Source of the DNA: Octopus sinensis
Lineage: Eukaryota
Length of the DNA stretch: 64,000 nt
Direction: 5' to 3'
NCBI RefSeq assembly: GCF_006345805.1
Contig: NC_043003.1
Coordinates: 92,256,001 to 92,320,000 of the forward strand
A program made the translations under genes and the position numbers. Below the pieces are notes generated by a model, which was not told where the DNA came from, ran no database searches, and saw nothing but the letters and a program-made list of their open reading frames with translations. How positions within the stretch are numbered: the first letter of the stretch is position 1; each line of letters opens with the position of its first letter. This document shows, in pieces, positions 1 through 9,720 of the stretch.

Positions 1-115
1 AGGTGTATGAATAACAAACAAGTGCATTAGTTTGACGCTGGGGAAAATGGAAAAGCGTTTTACGTTTCGAGCCATAGCTCTTCAACAGAAAGGAATAAGA
101 GAAAATAGAGATTTC
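1..115 (-). mobile_element. Fragment of a Penelope-associated repeat family carrying a hammerhead-like motif (58-92)
   Basis: Same block (gtattagtttgacgct...acgtttcgagcc...gctcttcRacagaaag) recurs at 12020-12200, 39435-39600 and 47130-47300. Minus strand reads CUGUUGA-A-GAGC-UAUG-GCUC-GAAACGUA. Confidence 0.6.
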
Positions 116-150
116 AGCGGTCCAACATGATGAATATATATATATATATG

Positions 151-182
<32 letters not shown>

Positions 183-289
183 GATACACAGATATGAAAT
201 ATACGATGTATGTAAGATTTACTTGTAAATTACAGAACCCCTCCCCTCTCAGTTCTGTGATCTCCAAGTTTTATTTCAACTATCAGCGA

Positions 290-470
290 ATTACGTTGTG
301 TTGTTATTGTTGTTGCTATTATCATCGTTGTTGTTGCTGTTGTTATTATTATTATTATTATCATTATTATTATTATCATTATTATTATTATTATTATTAT
401 CATCGTCGTCGTTGTCATCATCATCATCATCTTCATCATCATCGTAATCATCAGGATCAGGATCATCATC
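290..470. repeat. Compound trinucleotide microsatellite (TTG/TAT/CAT)n
   Basis: Directly visible; explains the low-complexity ORFs at 194-622, 230-469 and 291-533. Confidence 0.95.
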
Positions 471-483
471 AGGCCAGTGGGCT

Positions 484-650
484 GGCAGAATCGTTAGAGC
501 GTTGGAGAAAATGCTTTGCGGTATTTGTCCCAACTCTCCATTTCGAATTCAAATCCCTTCGAGGTCAACTTTGTCTGTCGACCTTTGACCTTTTCGAGTT
601 CGATAGCAAAAGGTACGAGTAAAATACATGGGTCGATGTAATAAAACCTC
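484..650 (+). mobile_element. tRNA-derived SINE family A, degenerate copy
   Basis: ggcagaatcgttag...ttcaaatcc...gaggtcaactttg core shared with the copies at 774, 20530, 24890, 33880, 34700, 47790 and 51753. Confidence 0.7.
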
Positions 651-773
651 ATCTGCTCCCTTCCCTCCCCAAGAAAAAAATGTTTAGGTTTTCTGCTAAA
701 AATAGCATGAAATATTGCTTTCAAATTTTGGTACAAAACCAACAATTTCTCGAGAGTGGGGAAAATCGGTTTC

Positions 774-910
774 ATCGACCCCAGTGCTCTTTTATCGACT
801 CCGAAAGGGATGAATGGCAAAGTCGACCTCTGTGAAATTTGAACTCAGAAAGTAATGACAGACGAAATGCCGCTAAGAATTTTACCCAGCCTTATTCTGC
901 CAGCTCACAG
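774..910 (-). mobile_element. tRNA-derived SINE family A
   Basis: Reverse complement of the ttctgagttcaaatt...gaggtcgactttgcc...gtcgataaaa core. The central domain resembles Deu/Nin-type SINE cores (recall). Confidence 0.8.
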
Positions 911-1462
911 CCTTCGAGTAGAAAGAAATATTGTAAATGTGATATAGTGGCAGAAACGGTAGAGAGCTGGAGCAATGAAGAAAAAAATTCACTGTTACTC
1001 CCCTTTATATTCTCGGTTCAAACCACACTGAAGGGAACTTTGCCGTTCATACTTCTCTCATTCCACCTTCCCCCACCCGGAGTTAATAAAATACATACCG
1101 AGCCTATACAGGGATCAGTTAATCGATTAAAAAAAAGCAAAACATTACCTACAAAAGATGCTATGGTTTTGCATATGTATCGTAACTCAATGTTTAAATG
1201 TCAAAATTTATAAAATAATAATGATAGTAATAATAAAGTTATATGTAATTCCATCTCCACACGTACATGAAAAAATCTATTTAAAGATGAATATTTAATG
1301 AAAAAAACACAAAGATAAAAATATAAAAATATGAAAAAATGCTTAAAAAATATATTTAATGCAAAATAAAATAATGCCAAATAATATTTATTCTTCAGTT
1401 TATTTTGTTATTACGCTCACTCATTCTGTCTAATTCTTCCTCTCTTACATTATATATATGTA

Positions 1463-1571
<109 letters not shown>

Positions 1572-1595
1572 TATATATTTGTGTGTGTGTGTGTG

Positions 1596-1956
1596 TGGAG
1601 CAGCAATGACCCAATGGTCGTAGGATCGCGGGTTCGTTTCCCAGACCGGGCGTTGTGAGTGTTTATTGAGCGAAAACACCTAAAGCTCCACGAGGCTCCG
1701 GCAGTGGGTGGTGCCGAACCCTGCTGTACTCTTTTACCACAACTTTCTCTCACTCTTTCTTCCTGTTTCTGTTGTACCTGTATTCCAAAGGGCCAACCTT
1801 GTCACACTCTGTGTCACGCTGAATCTCCCCGATAACTACATTAAGGGTATCCGTGTCTGTGGAGTGCTCAGCCACTTGCACGTTAATTTCACGAGCAAGC
1901 TGTTCCGTTGATCGGATCAACTGGAACCCACATTGTCGTAACCGACGGAGTGCCAC
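1596..1956 (+). mobile_element. tRNA-derived SINE family C, subtype 1
   Basis: tRNA-like head (gggttcgtttccc B-box). The 5' ~170 bp match the minus-strand copy at 15139-15326. Confidence 0.8.
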
Positions 1957-2087
1957 GATATATATATATCAGATGTTCAAGAAAGATTCACTCATTGATA
2001 TTTCTTAATTATTCAAAATAAACTTAACGTAGGATAATGAAATTTGGCACACACGTTCTAATGGAAATTCTCAATCCATTGCAGTAA

Positions 2088-3119
2088 TTACATTTCAAAA
2101 TGATCACATTTTGCCTTCACCATAGCTTGCAGACGGGTGTTCACTGAGTTGCATGAGCGTTGTGTTACCTCTCTATCTAACTTGACCCGTGAGAACTGAA
2201 GGGCTTTCTTCAAATCTGATACATTTGGATAAGAGCGAGGAGAAACATAATTCTCTAAGATTTGACCAGATAGCAAAGTCTATGAGATTGATGTCTGAAC
2301 TTGAGGCGGGGGCCATGTCGTCTTGTCCCTAAAACTGCTGAAATGCTCTTTGTACCATGTCTGTATTGTGACCTAGGGTAACAATTTCTCGTCCAACATT
2401 TTCACTTAAACTTCACAGTCAACCTTGATGCCAGCATCGACGAAGATCAAAGGAGACTTGGACCCATCACATGCAACTGCGACCCGAACCATGAGTGAAG
2501 CTGGCTTCTGACAGCATAAATGGCTCCTGCTACCTTCGGGTATGTCTCCTACAGTACGTGCATAAAACCTGTCATTCTGCCTGTTGGTAATTGCTTCCAC
2601 TGTGAAAATCTTCTATTCACACTAGATCAACACTTTGTTAGCGGCGCGCTTCATTTCAACTAACATGGTTTTACCCCTGTTGAGTCATTTCCTCTTGGAA
2701 GTTGCTGAAATTCACTGCTGGGATTGTTTCTTGTATGCAGTTAAATCCTTAAATCCTTAAAATTTTTCAGCCCGAAGGCCGCGGCCATGTTGGGGCACCA
2801 CCGCTGTTAGTTTAAAATCCCCTTTAAAAATCTTGTGATTTGACGATATCGAAATATCAAGAGATTTTGCAGTTCTTCTTGCTCTCCTGGAGGGATTTCG
2901 CTTCATTCATTTCTTCATAGCTTCAACAGATTGTTTGGTACGAATTAATAGTTTCCTACCAGGAATTGGTTTGCCAGAGGTAGTAGCAGACTCCATATAT
3001 CGTCTTTAGGTATTAAACACTATTTTACGGCACACGTTCAACTGTTTTGTTATGCTCTTGTTGCTCACTCCAGCTGTTTTCAAAGCAACAATCTGGTCAC
3101 GTTTTGTTTTTGATGCCAT
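2088..3119 (-). pseudogene. maT-like transposase pseudogene
   Basis: MASKTKRDQIVALKTAG N-terminus (ATG at 3119); KIFTVEAITNRQNDR; SLMVRVAVACDGSKSPLIFVD; WPP/SSDINLIDFAIWS with D as third catalytic residue. Stops, frameshifts and a deletion removing the QQDGA motif. Confidence 0.8.
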
Positions 3120-3164
3120 ATTTGTTTACAAACCTGTTAGAGACGAACGAAACAATAAACACAT

Positions 3165-3426
3165 TGTGGTGTGATGGTGAGGGAGTGTGACGGATGGGGA
3201 GAGCGGAAGTGTGGCTTGCAGGGCTTTGCAGGGCGCATGCGCCGGCGGAAGCGGAAGTGACAGGCAGAACGCACGTGCGGCATCGAGCAGTTGACTCAGA
3301 CACGACGAAGACACGACACGAGCGAGTTGGCGAAAGGCGATCCAAGTTCATCTCCGGCTAGGTAAGACCCAATTGCATTCCATTCCTTCCTTGTTCTGTT
3401 GTACTCTTTTCACCATTCATACAACA
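3165..3426 (+). repeat. 5' LTR (262 bp)
   Basis: Direct repeat of 7150-7411 with 3 substitutions; begins TG, ends CA. Confidence 0.97.
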
Positions 3427-3438
3427 AGCTATTTCGGC
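3427..3438 (+). other. Putative non-canonical primer-binding site complementary to nt 1-12 of tRNA-Phe
   Basis: AGCTATTTCGGC abuts the LTR end; its reverse complement GCCGAAATAGCT is the 5' end of metazoan tRNA-Phe(GAA). No TGG-type PBS is present. Confidence 0.7.
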
Positions 3439-3554
3439 AAATAATCACTGGGACCGGCAAATAATCACTCGGTTTCGTAAAAATAAAAATAGAAAAATTA
3501 TGCAGAGTGCTATGGTTTCACGCGAGCCTATAACACCGTTTTGCGGCGACACCG

Positions 3555-4253
3555 ATGTGGTCGCTGGTTGAAGAGGTGAAGTTGGTGGCGAAGCTCCACG
3601 GTATAGCTGACCTGGCGAGTTTTATGCCGTTGTATTTGGATGGCCCGGCGTTGGCGTTATATTTAGAGATGGAGGAGACGGACCAACTCAGCGCAGATAA
3701 AGTGGAAATCCGACTTATGGAGGCCTTCGCGGAAGGAATGTTTGAAGCGTACGCTCGGCTGGGTAGAATGAGATGGACTGGGCAACAGGTGGACGTGTTC
3801 GCCGGTGAGCTTAGAAGGCTGGCTAAACTGGCGGGATATGAGGGAGAGTCGCTAGAACGGACGGTTAGGTTAGCGTTCGTGACCGGCTTTCCCGACATCA
3901 TGTCGGTCGAGCTACAGAAGCTCCCGAACGTGCGTTCGATGCCGATGGCCGATATCATATCGCGGGCACGTGTACTGGTTTCATGCAGCAGGTTGACGTC
4001 GGTAGCAGCGACTGTAACGTCGAAAAGTGGCCCAGCTAGGAGCAGCGGAGAGGGGCTGAGGAAAGAACGCGTGCGATCGTTCAAAGGACAGTGTTTCCGG
4101 TGCCAAGGCTCACACATGGTCCGTGACTGCGCGTCGCCCAAGCCTGAGGTGATTTGCTACCGGTGTCGAGAGCCGGGGCATGTAACCAGCGAGTGTCTGC
4201 GGGGAAACGGACCGCGGGAGACTACTGCGCCGGTAGTTGTCCCTTTGGACTAG
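3555..4253 (+). CDS. gag: Gag of the Gypsy element with two zinc knuckles
   Basis: 232-aa ORF with CFRCQGSHMVRDC and CYRCREPGHVTSEC. The true start is probably upstream (ATG 3500 or 3512) across small deletions near 3560-3573. Confidence 0.9.
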   Translation: MWSLVEEVKLVAKLHGIADLASFMPLYLDGPALALYLEMEETDQLSADKVEIRLMEAFAEGMFEAYARLGRMRWTGQQVDVFAGELRRLAKLAGYEGESLERTVRLAFVTGFPDIMSVELQKLPNVRSMPMADIISRARVLVSCSRLTSVAATVTSKSGPARSSGEGLRKERVRSFKGQCFRCQGSHMVRDCASPKPEVICYRCREPGHVTSECLRGNGPRETTAPVVVPLD

Positions 4254-7114
4254 TAGCGGCGCGTTTATCATCGCTACCTGTGGTCGACATTCTGGTGAAG
4301 GGGAAGATGTCGCGAGCCCTGGTGGACACGGGCTGTACGACGACCCTGATGACCACAGAAGTGGCAGAGACGTGGAGTGGAGGAAGCAGTGTTAGGGCAG
4401 TTGACGGAAGAGAAGTTCACTGCGAAGGGGTTACGGATGCGCAGATTGTGGTGCAGGGACTACAGCTGACGTTGCGAGCAATTGTGGTTGGTCACTTGGT
4501 GGACGAGATCGACGTGGTGATGGGGATGGATGCAATCACCCGTTTGGGAGGTGTCACCGTCAACGAGGCTGGCGTAACGTTTGGGTTAGCGGGGAAACCG
4601 TGTAGGGCGGGACCGCGCACCGACGACAACCGTGAGGAAAAGGATGCGGCGCACACCATTGAAGACCAGGATTTTCGGGCTGTCTTTGATGGCGAAAGGT
4701 GGACAGTGGAGTGGCACTGGAAGGGAGAGCCCCCGATGTTAAAGAATAAAGTGGGCTGCTATCAGCATACTCTAAAAGGAGATGCCAGAAGTGAGTTCGA
4801 GGGGGAGGTGGAGCGGTGGATTAAGGAGGGCATACTGATCCCCTGGGAAAAAGAAGAGAGCGGAGTCCTGCCACTGATGGCGGTGATACAGCCCACAAAG
4901 CGTAAGGTCAGGCCAGTGCTCGACTTCCGAGAGCTGAATGACCACGTGTCGTGTCATACAGGCGGCGAGGCCACGGATGTCTGCGGAGACACCTTGCGAG
5001 AGTGGAGGCAGCCGACGGGGGCCTCCACGATTGTCGATTTAAAGTCGGCATACCTTCAGGTGCATGTGGCTGAGAAACTATGGAAGTACCAGCTCGTCAG
5101 GTATAGGGGCCGGACGTACTGTCTGACCAGGTTGGGATTCGGGCTGAATTCAGCGCCGAAGATTATGGCAACAATTCTCAAGGCCATCCTGGGGAAGGTG
5201 GACAGAGTAAAAAGGGCCACCAATTCATACATCGACGACATTCTGGTGGATGAAACCGTGATACCAGCAACGGAGGTCATAGGCCATCTGAAGAGTTTTG
5301 GACTGATCGCCAAGCCGCCAGAGGCTATGGAGGGAGGTGCTGCACTGGGCCTCAAGCTATGGAGAGACAAGGCCGGCGCCTTGGTGTTCCGGCGAGGGAA
5401 TGAGGTCCCTGAACTGGGCGCCAGCATGAGTAGACGGGAACTGTTCTCTCTGTGTGGGAAGCTGGTGGGACACTACCCGATTGCAGGCTGGCTCCGGACA
5501 GCATGTAGCTTCATCAAGAGACGAGCCGAAGGAGTGAAGTGGAATGATAAAGTGGGGGAGAGGACGATCGACATGATGCAGGAAGTCTTGGTCAGAGTAG
5601 GAGCAGAGGACCCAGTGAGGGGCAGCTGGTATGTTCCCAAATCAAAGAGCGGAATCGTATGGTGTGACGCCAGTAGCATCGCAATAGGGGTTGTCTTGGA
5701 AGTGGGAGGTGTCACGGTGGAAGATGCGGCCTGGCTCAGGAAGATGGATGACTGCAATCATATCAACGTGGCGGAGTTGGATGCCGTGCTGAAGGGGGTG
5801 AACCTAGCCTTGAAGTGGGGGTTGCACACCATAGAAATCAGGACTGATTCGGCCACTGTACTTGGTTGGGCGACAGCAGTATTCACCGATGAGCGGAGGG
5901 TGCGGACCAAAGGGGCTGCAGAGATGCTGGTAAAGCGTCGATTAGGAATACTGCGTGAACTAACCACTGAGTTCAATCTGAGGCTGAGCGTGATCTTTGT
6001 GCCTTCCGAGAAGAACAGGGCAGACGTCCTGACCAGGGTAAAGCGAGCCTGGTTGCAGGTGCCAGAGGATGCGAAGCAGGATGTAGCTGCAGTATGCCGT
6101 CTGAGCGACTCGGAGTTACGGAGACTGCACACCATGCATCACATGGGTGTGGACAGGACATTGTTCCTAGCCAGAAAAGTTGACTCCGACGTAACAAGAC
6201 GGAGCGTGCAGAGAGTGGTTAGCAGTTGTGACAGGTGCCAGTCCATCGACCCTGCTCCGGTCGTGCATGAAGCGGGAAGTATTCCAGTGGACCAGGACTG
6301 GAGACGACTGGCGGTGGACATAACACACTACCGGCAGGGGACATACCTCTCAATGGTTGACTGCAGACCGGGGCGGTTCGCCATATGGAGGGAGATGAAG
6401 ACGGGAACCGCAGAAGAAATTGTGAAAGTGTTGAAGGAGATATTCCTGGAACGAGGCCCCGTGGATGAACTGCTTCTGGACAACGGCACTGCATTTCGCT
6501 CGGATGTGCTGAGAGAAATGCTTGATGAGGGGAAGGTCAACCGCTTCTTCAGGGCGGCATACCGGCCAAGTGGAAACGGGGTGGTGGAAAGGCATCATCG
6601 TACCATCAAGGCCATGGCAGAGAGGGGTCACATTTCACCAGTCGAGGCCGTGTTTTGGTACAATATGTCGCCCAGATCAGGACAGGCTGAGGAGTCGGTG
6701 CCACACAGGGCAATATTCAGGTACGAGTGGAGGCATCCGTGTACTACATCAAAGCGACCCGGGGCAGAGGAAGAGCACGCCTTCGTGCAGGTCGGGGAGG
6801 AAGTCTGGGTAAAACCCCCAAACGCACGGTGTACATCGCAATGGGGAAAGGGGACAATAACCTCCGTAAATTCAAAGAATAACATCTCGGTCGATGGTAT
6901 GCCACGCCACGTTTTGGACATACGGAGGATTGTCCATGCCCCAGAGGATGGGGCCAGCAGCAGTGGGCAAGACGAAAACAACAGACAGGATGACGAGGTC
7001 GGCAGCAACACACCAGAAACAAGTCCTAGGGTCGCACTGCGACCACAGAGGGAGCGGCACCCTCCTCCCTGGTTGGCTGATTATGAAACCAGTTTCAGGT
7101 GCGGGAGCGAGTGA
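4154..7114 (+). CDS. pol: Pol polyprotein (protease, RT, RNase H, integrase) in the -1 frame relative to gag
   Basis: Uninterrupted 986-codon ORF: LVDTGC protease; DLKSAYLQ and YIDDIL RT; CDAS/ELDA/TDS/ADVL RNase H; HHCC plus VDIT/LDNG/VERHH integrase. Confidence 0.96.
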   Translation: MLPVSRAGACNQRVSAGKRTAGDYCAGSCPFGLVAARLSSLPVVDILVKGKMSRALVDTGCTTTLMTTEVAETWSGGSSVRAVDGREVHCEGVTDAQIVVQGLQLTLRAIVVGHLVDEIDVVMGMDAITRLGGVTVNEAGVTFGLAGKPCRAGPRTDDNREEKDAAHTIEDQDFRAVFDGERWTVEWHWKGEPPMLKNKVGCYQHTLKGDARSEFEGEVERWIKEGILIPWEKEESGVLPLMAVIQPTKRKVRPVLDFRELNDHVSCHTGGEATDVCGDTLREWRQPTGASTIVDLKSAYLQVHVAEKLWKYQLVRYRGRTYCLTRLGFGLNSAPKIMATILKAILGKVDRVKRATNSYIDDILVDETVIPATEVIGHLKSFGLIAKPPEAMEGGAALGLKLWRDKAGALVFRRGNEVPELGASMSRRELFSLCGKLVGHYPIAGWLRTACSFIKRRAEGVKWNDKVGERTIDMMQEVLVRVGAEDPVRGSWYVPKSKSGIVWCDASSIAIGVVLEVGGVTVEDAAWLRKMDDCNHINVAELDAVLKGVNLALKWGLHTIEIRTDSATVLGWATAVFTDERRVRTKGAAEMLVKRRLGILRELTTEFNLRLSVIFVPSEKNRADVLTRVKRAWLQVPEDAKQDVAAVCRLSDSELRRLHTMHHMGVDRTLFLARKVDSDVTRRSVQRVVSSCDRCQSIDPAPVVHEAGSIPVDQDWRRLAVDITHYRQGTYLSMVDCRPGRFAIWREMKTGTAEEIVKVLKEIFLERGPVDELLLDNGTAFRSDVLREMLDEGKVNRFFRAAYRPSGNGVVERHHRTIKAMAERGHISPVEAVFWYNMSPRSGQAEESVPHRAIFRYEWRHPCTTSKRPGAEEEHAFVQVGEEVWVKPPNARCTSQWGKGTITSVNSKNNISVDGMPRHVLDIRRIVHAPEDGASSSGQDENNRQDDEVGSNTPETSPRVALRPQRERHPPPWLADYETSFRCGSE

Positions 7115-7141
7115 GGAAGCCGGTTCAGTGATCTATAGATC

Positions 7142-7149
7142 AGGGGGCG
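7142..7149 (+). other. Polypurine tract
   Basis: agggggcg immediately 5' of the 3' LTR. Confidence 0.7.
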
Positions 7150-7411
7150 TGTGGTGTGATGGTGAGGGAGTGTGACGGATGGGGAGAGCGGAAGTGGGGC
7201 TTGCAGGGCTTTGCAGGGCGCATGCGCCGGCGGAAACGGAAGTGACAGGCAGAACGCACGTGCGGCATCGAGCAGTTGACTCAGACACGACGAAGACACG
7301 ACACGAGCGAGTTGGCGAAAGGCGATCCAAGTTCATCTCCGGCTAGGTAAGACCCAATTGCATTCCATTCCTTCCTTGTTCTGTTGTACTCTTTTCACCA
7401 TTCATACTACA
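7150..7411 (+). repeat. 3' LTR (262 bp)
   Basis: Matches the 5' LTR at 259 of 262 positions; followed by the CACAT TSD. Confidence 0.97.
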
Positions 7412-8033
7412 CACATGAACAAAAAACATATGCAAATCTTTACGTAAAATGTAAATAATATTACCAGAACTGATATTCTTTAGGAAAAGTTTTAAAAGTG
7501 GATAAATCTTTCTGGGACACCCTATATATATATCAGAGAAAGAGAAAATGGAATTCACGAGATTCTTTACTAATCACTACAATCGTTTCAACCCATCGTC
7601 CATCGATCCCTCGTGGGTGAGATTCTGTACTACTGGTTGTGGTGCATTATTCGGTGCAGATGTGCCACATCAGGTGACTTTTCAGGATGTACTTCGTTCT
7701 TTAATCTCCGTTTCGTTTGCCTGTAGCTGGTAGCGTACAAGAGAGATCGTGATTTAAAATAATTTAGAATCAAGGACAGTTTTCTTATATGTAATGAACT
7801 TACTAACAATTAATCATAAATAAAATTCATATATAAGAATCAAAAAGAGAAAATAAAATAAGTATACAATGAGCAGATTAAACAGATACTGTGCTTGACA
7901 ATCGGTGTTAATATGTTTACGTCCGCGTAACTTAGTGGGTTCGTTAAAGAAAGGAAAGAATTAGGCTTAAAAATAAGTATTGGTTCCATTCGTTCGACTA
8001 AAATTCTTCAAAGTGGCGCCCCAGGATAGTTGT

Positions 8034-8133
8034 NNNNNNNNNNNNNNNNNNNNNNNNNNNNNNNNNNNNNNNNNNNNNNNNNNNNNNNNNNNNNNNNNNN
8101 NNNNNNNNNNNNNNNNNNNNNNNNNNNNNNNNN
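8034..8133. other. Assembly gap (100 N)
   Basis: Run of N. Confidence 1.
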
Positions 8134-9584
8134 AGTGGATCTTGCAAACATGAAGTGGATTCGATCCACCATAGCCAAATTTAAATTAACACTGCAACAG
8201 AACTTTTCTCACGGTGGAACAATGGTCTTTCTCTGACAGCAGTTTTACATTTTCCAGATGCATTTAGCTAGGTCGAAATAATGTCCTCACCACTTGACCT
8301 TTTCTAATCTCTTCTACTTTACCAAAAGCTAGAATAGAGATAACAAGACCACCAACTGAATCTATTGTTTTCAATGATATATCTATCCTTCTGGATAGTT
8401 ATATAAGCATGCACTCCCCAAGCAAAAATCAGTTAGTCACAGTCGGTGACGACTCAACCAAGTAGTCACTACGGTGAAGACGAAGTATGGCTGACCAGCT
8501 AGAACTTTGGTCAGAGGGAGAAATGAAGTTTACTGTCAGCAACTGTGAGACAACACCCTACAATTCTCTCTAGCTCTAATTCGGTTCTCTTACAACATCA
8601 TTCTATTGCTATCTGCGGATTACTATCAACAATTTGTGTACGCCAAACTATGAAAAAAAAATCTACTACATCTAACTTTCTTTCGCATGCTTTCGGATGT
8701 TATAACCTGCCTGTCGAAGTATGGTCTTTTTCAACGTAACGGTAAATAAATATTTCTTTAAAACTTCATGCATTGTTCATCTTTCACATCCTACAGTAAG
8801 CACATTATAACAACTTTTTATCGTTACAACTGCTGACTTCGACATTTCATAATATTGTTTACTAATCTATTTCTCCTGCTACTATTGGTGACCCTCGACT
8901 TCAACTAAAACCTTCTCCCGTTACAGTTGGTGACCCTGAACAAGTGAATTGCAGCCTTCCCAATTACCAACAGTTACAAACTGGCGACCCGAACGTTGCA
9001 CCATAACAGGCATCGATACAAACATAAAACTTCATTGGTGAACCCGTGTAAAGAGAATTGATACATTCTGGTGCTAGATGCCGCTGCATTTTGCTGATTT
9101 GAACTAAAGAACTCCCATATCAACAGTCGCTAAACCAAAGGAAAAACAATGACAACCTTCGTCACCACCTAGATGCACGCTCCATCGACCTGCTACAGAA
9201 AGTACTATACTGGGATGCAATCAACGATGCACTTCACAACAATGCAACACTGCACAAGGCGTTTGCGGACCATGGAAGCCAATAAATGCATCATTTCAAC
9301 AGCTACATGCCCAGAAACTAACTGGAAGAAAATACGGAAGCCCGCACATGCAACCTTTTTGCTACGCACATGCTTTTCGTCTCGTCCCGACGTACAAACC
9401 CTGCATTGTTTATGAACTTTTGCCCTTAGATAAGACTCTCACATAGACTTTCAATAACTCTATTTCTTTGCATGCACATCTATTCATTTTCAGCTGTAGA
9501 CAAAGGGCATTATTTTCAGCTAAGTTCGTTATTTTCGCTTATTTTATTGTTCTTTTTTCACTGCACACTTTCATTTGTTTACGA

Positions 9585-9720
9585 GTTACACATTCCGCGA
9601 TGGACATATACCGCGATGCACACATTCCGCGATGCACACATTCCGAGATGCACACATACCGCAATGCACATATACCGCGATGCACACATTCCGCGAAGCA
9701 CACATTCCGCGATGCACAAA
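9585..9720 (+). repeat. 16-bp minisatellite (tgcacacattccgcga) x about 8
   Basis: Directly visible tandem array inside the LTR element interior. Confidence 0.95.

Larger units (their letters stand above)
3165..7411 (+). mobile_element. Full-length Ty3/Gypsy LTR retrotransposon (4247 bp), possibly Mag-like
   Basis: TG...CA LTRs, 5-bp TSD CACAT (3160-3164 and 7412-7416), gag followed by PR-RT-RH-IN order. Confidence 0.97.
1970..7523 (-). mobile_element. Decayed Tc1/mariner (maT, DD37D-type) DNA transposon split by the Gypsy insertion
   Basis: Imperfect TIRs cagatgttcaagaaagattcactc (1970) and ggataaatctttctgggacacccta (7500-7524), both flanked by TA. Transposase remnants on the minus strand. 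Confidence 0.8.

Noticed and set aside
1119-1130. TTAATCGATTAA palindrome (paired-type homeodomain dimer site)
   Set aside because: A 10-12-mer like this is not unexpected by chance in 64 kb of AT-rich DNA, and there is no gene context.
3518-7299. Antisense and alternative-frame ORFs over the Gypsy element and its LTRs
   Set aside because: Shadows of GC-rich gag-pol and duplicated LTR sequence, with no recognisable motifs.
7548-7733. 61-aa ORF in unique-looking sequence
   Set aside because: No recognisable motif, and no splice-consistent open reading on either strand.
8880-9046. CRISPR-like repeat-spacer appearance (also the 39-bp array at 35225-35560)
   Set aside because: Eukaryotic context, repeats are only ~10-13 nt and match a tRNA PBS, no cas genes; the 39-bp array has no unique spacers.
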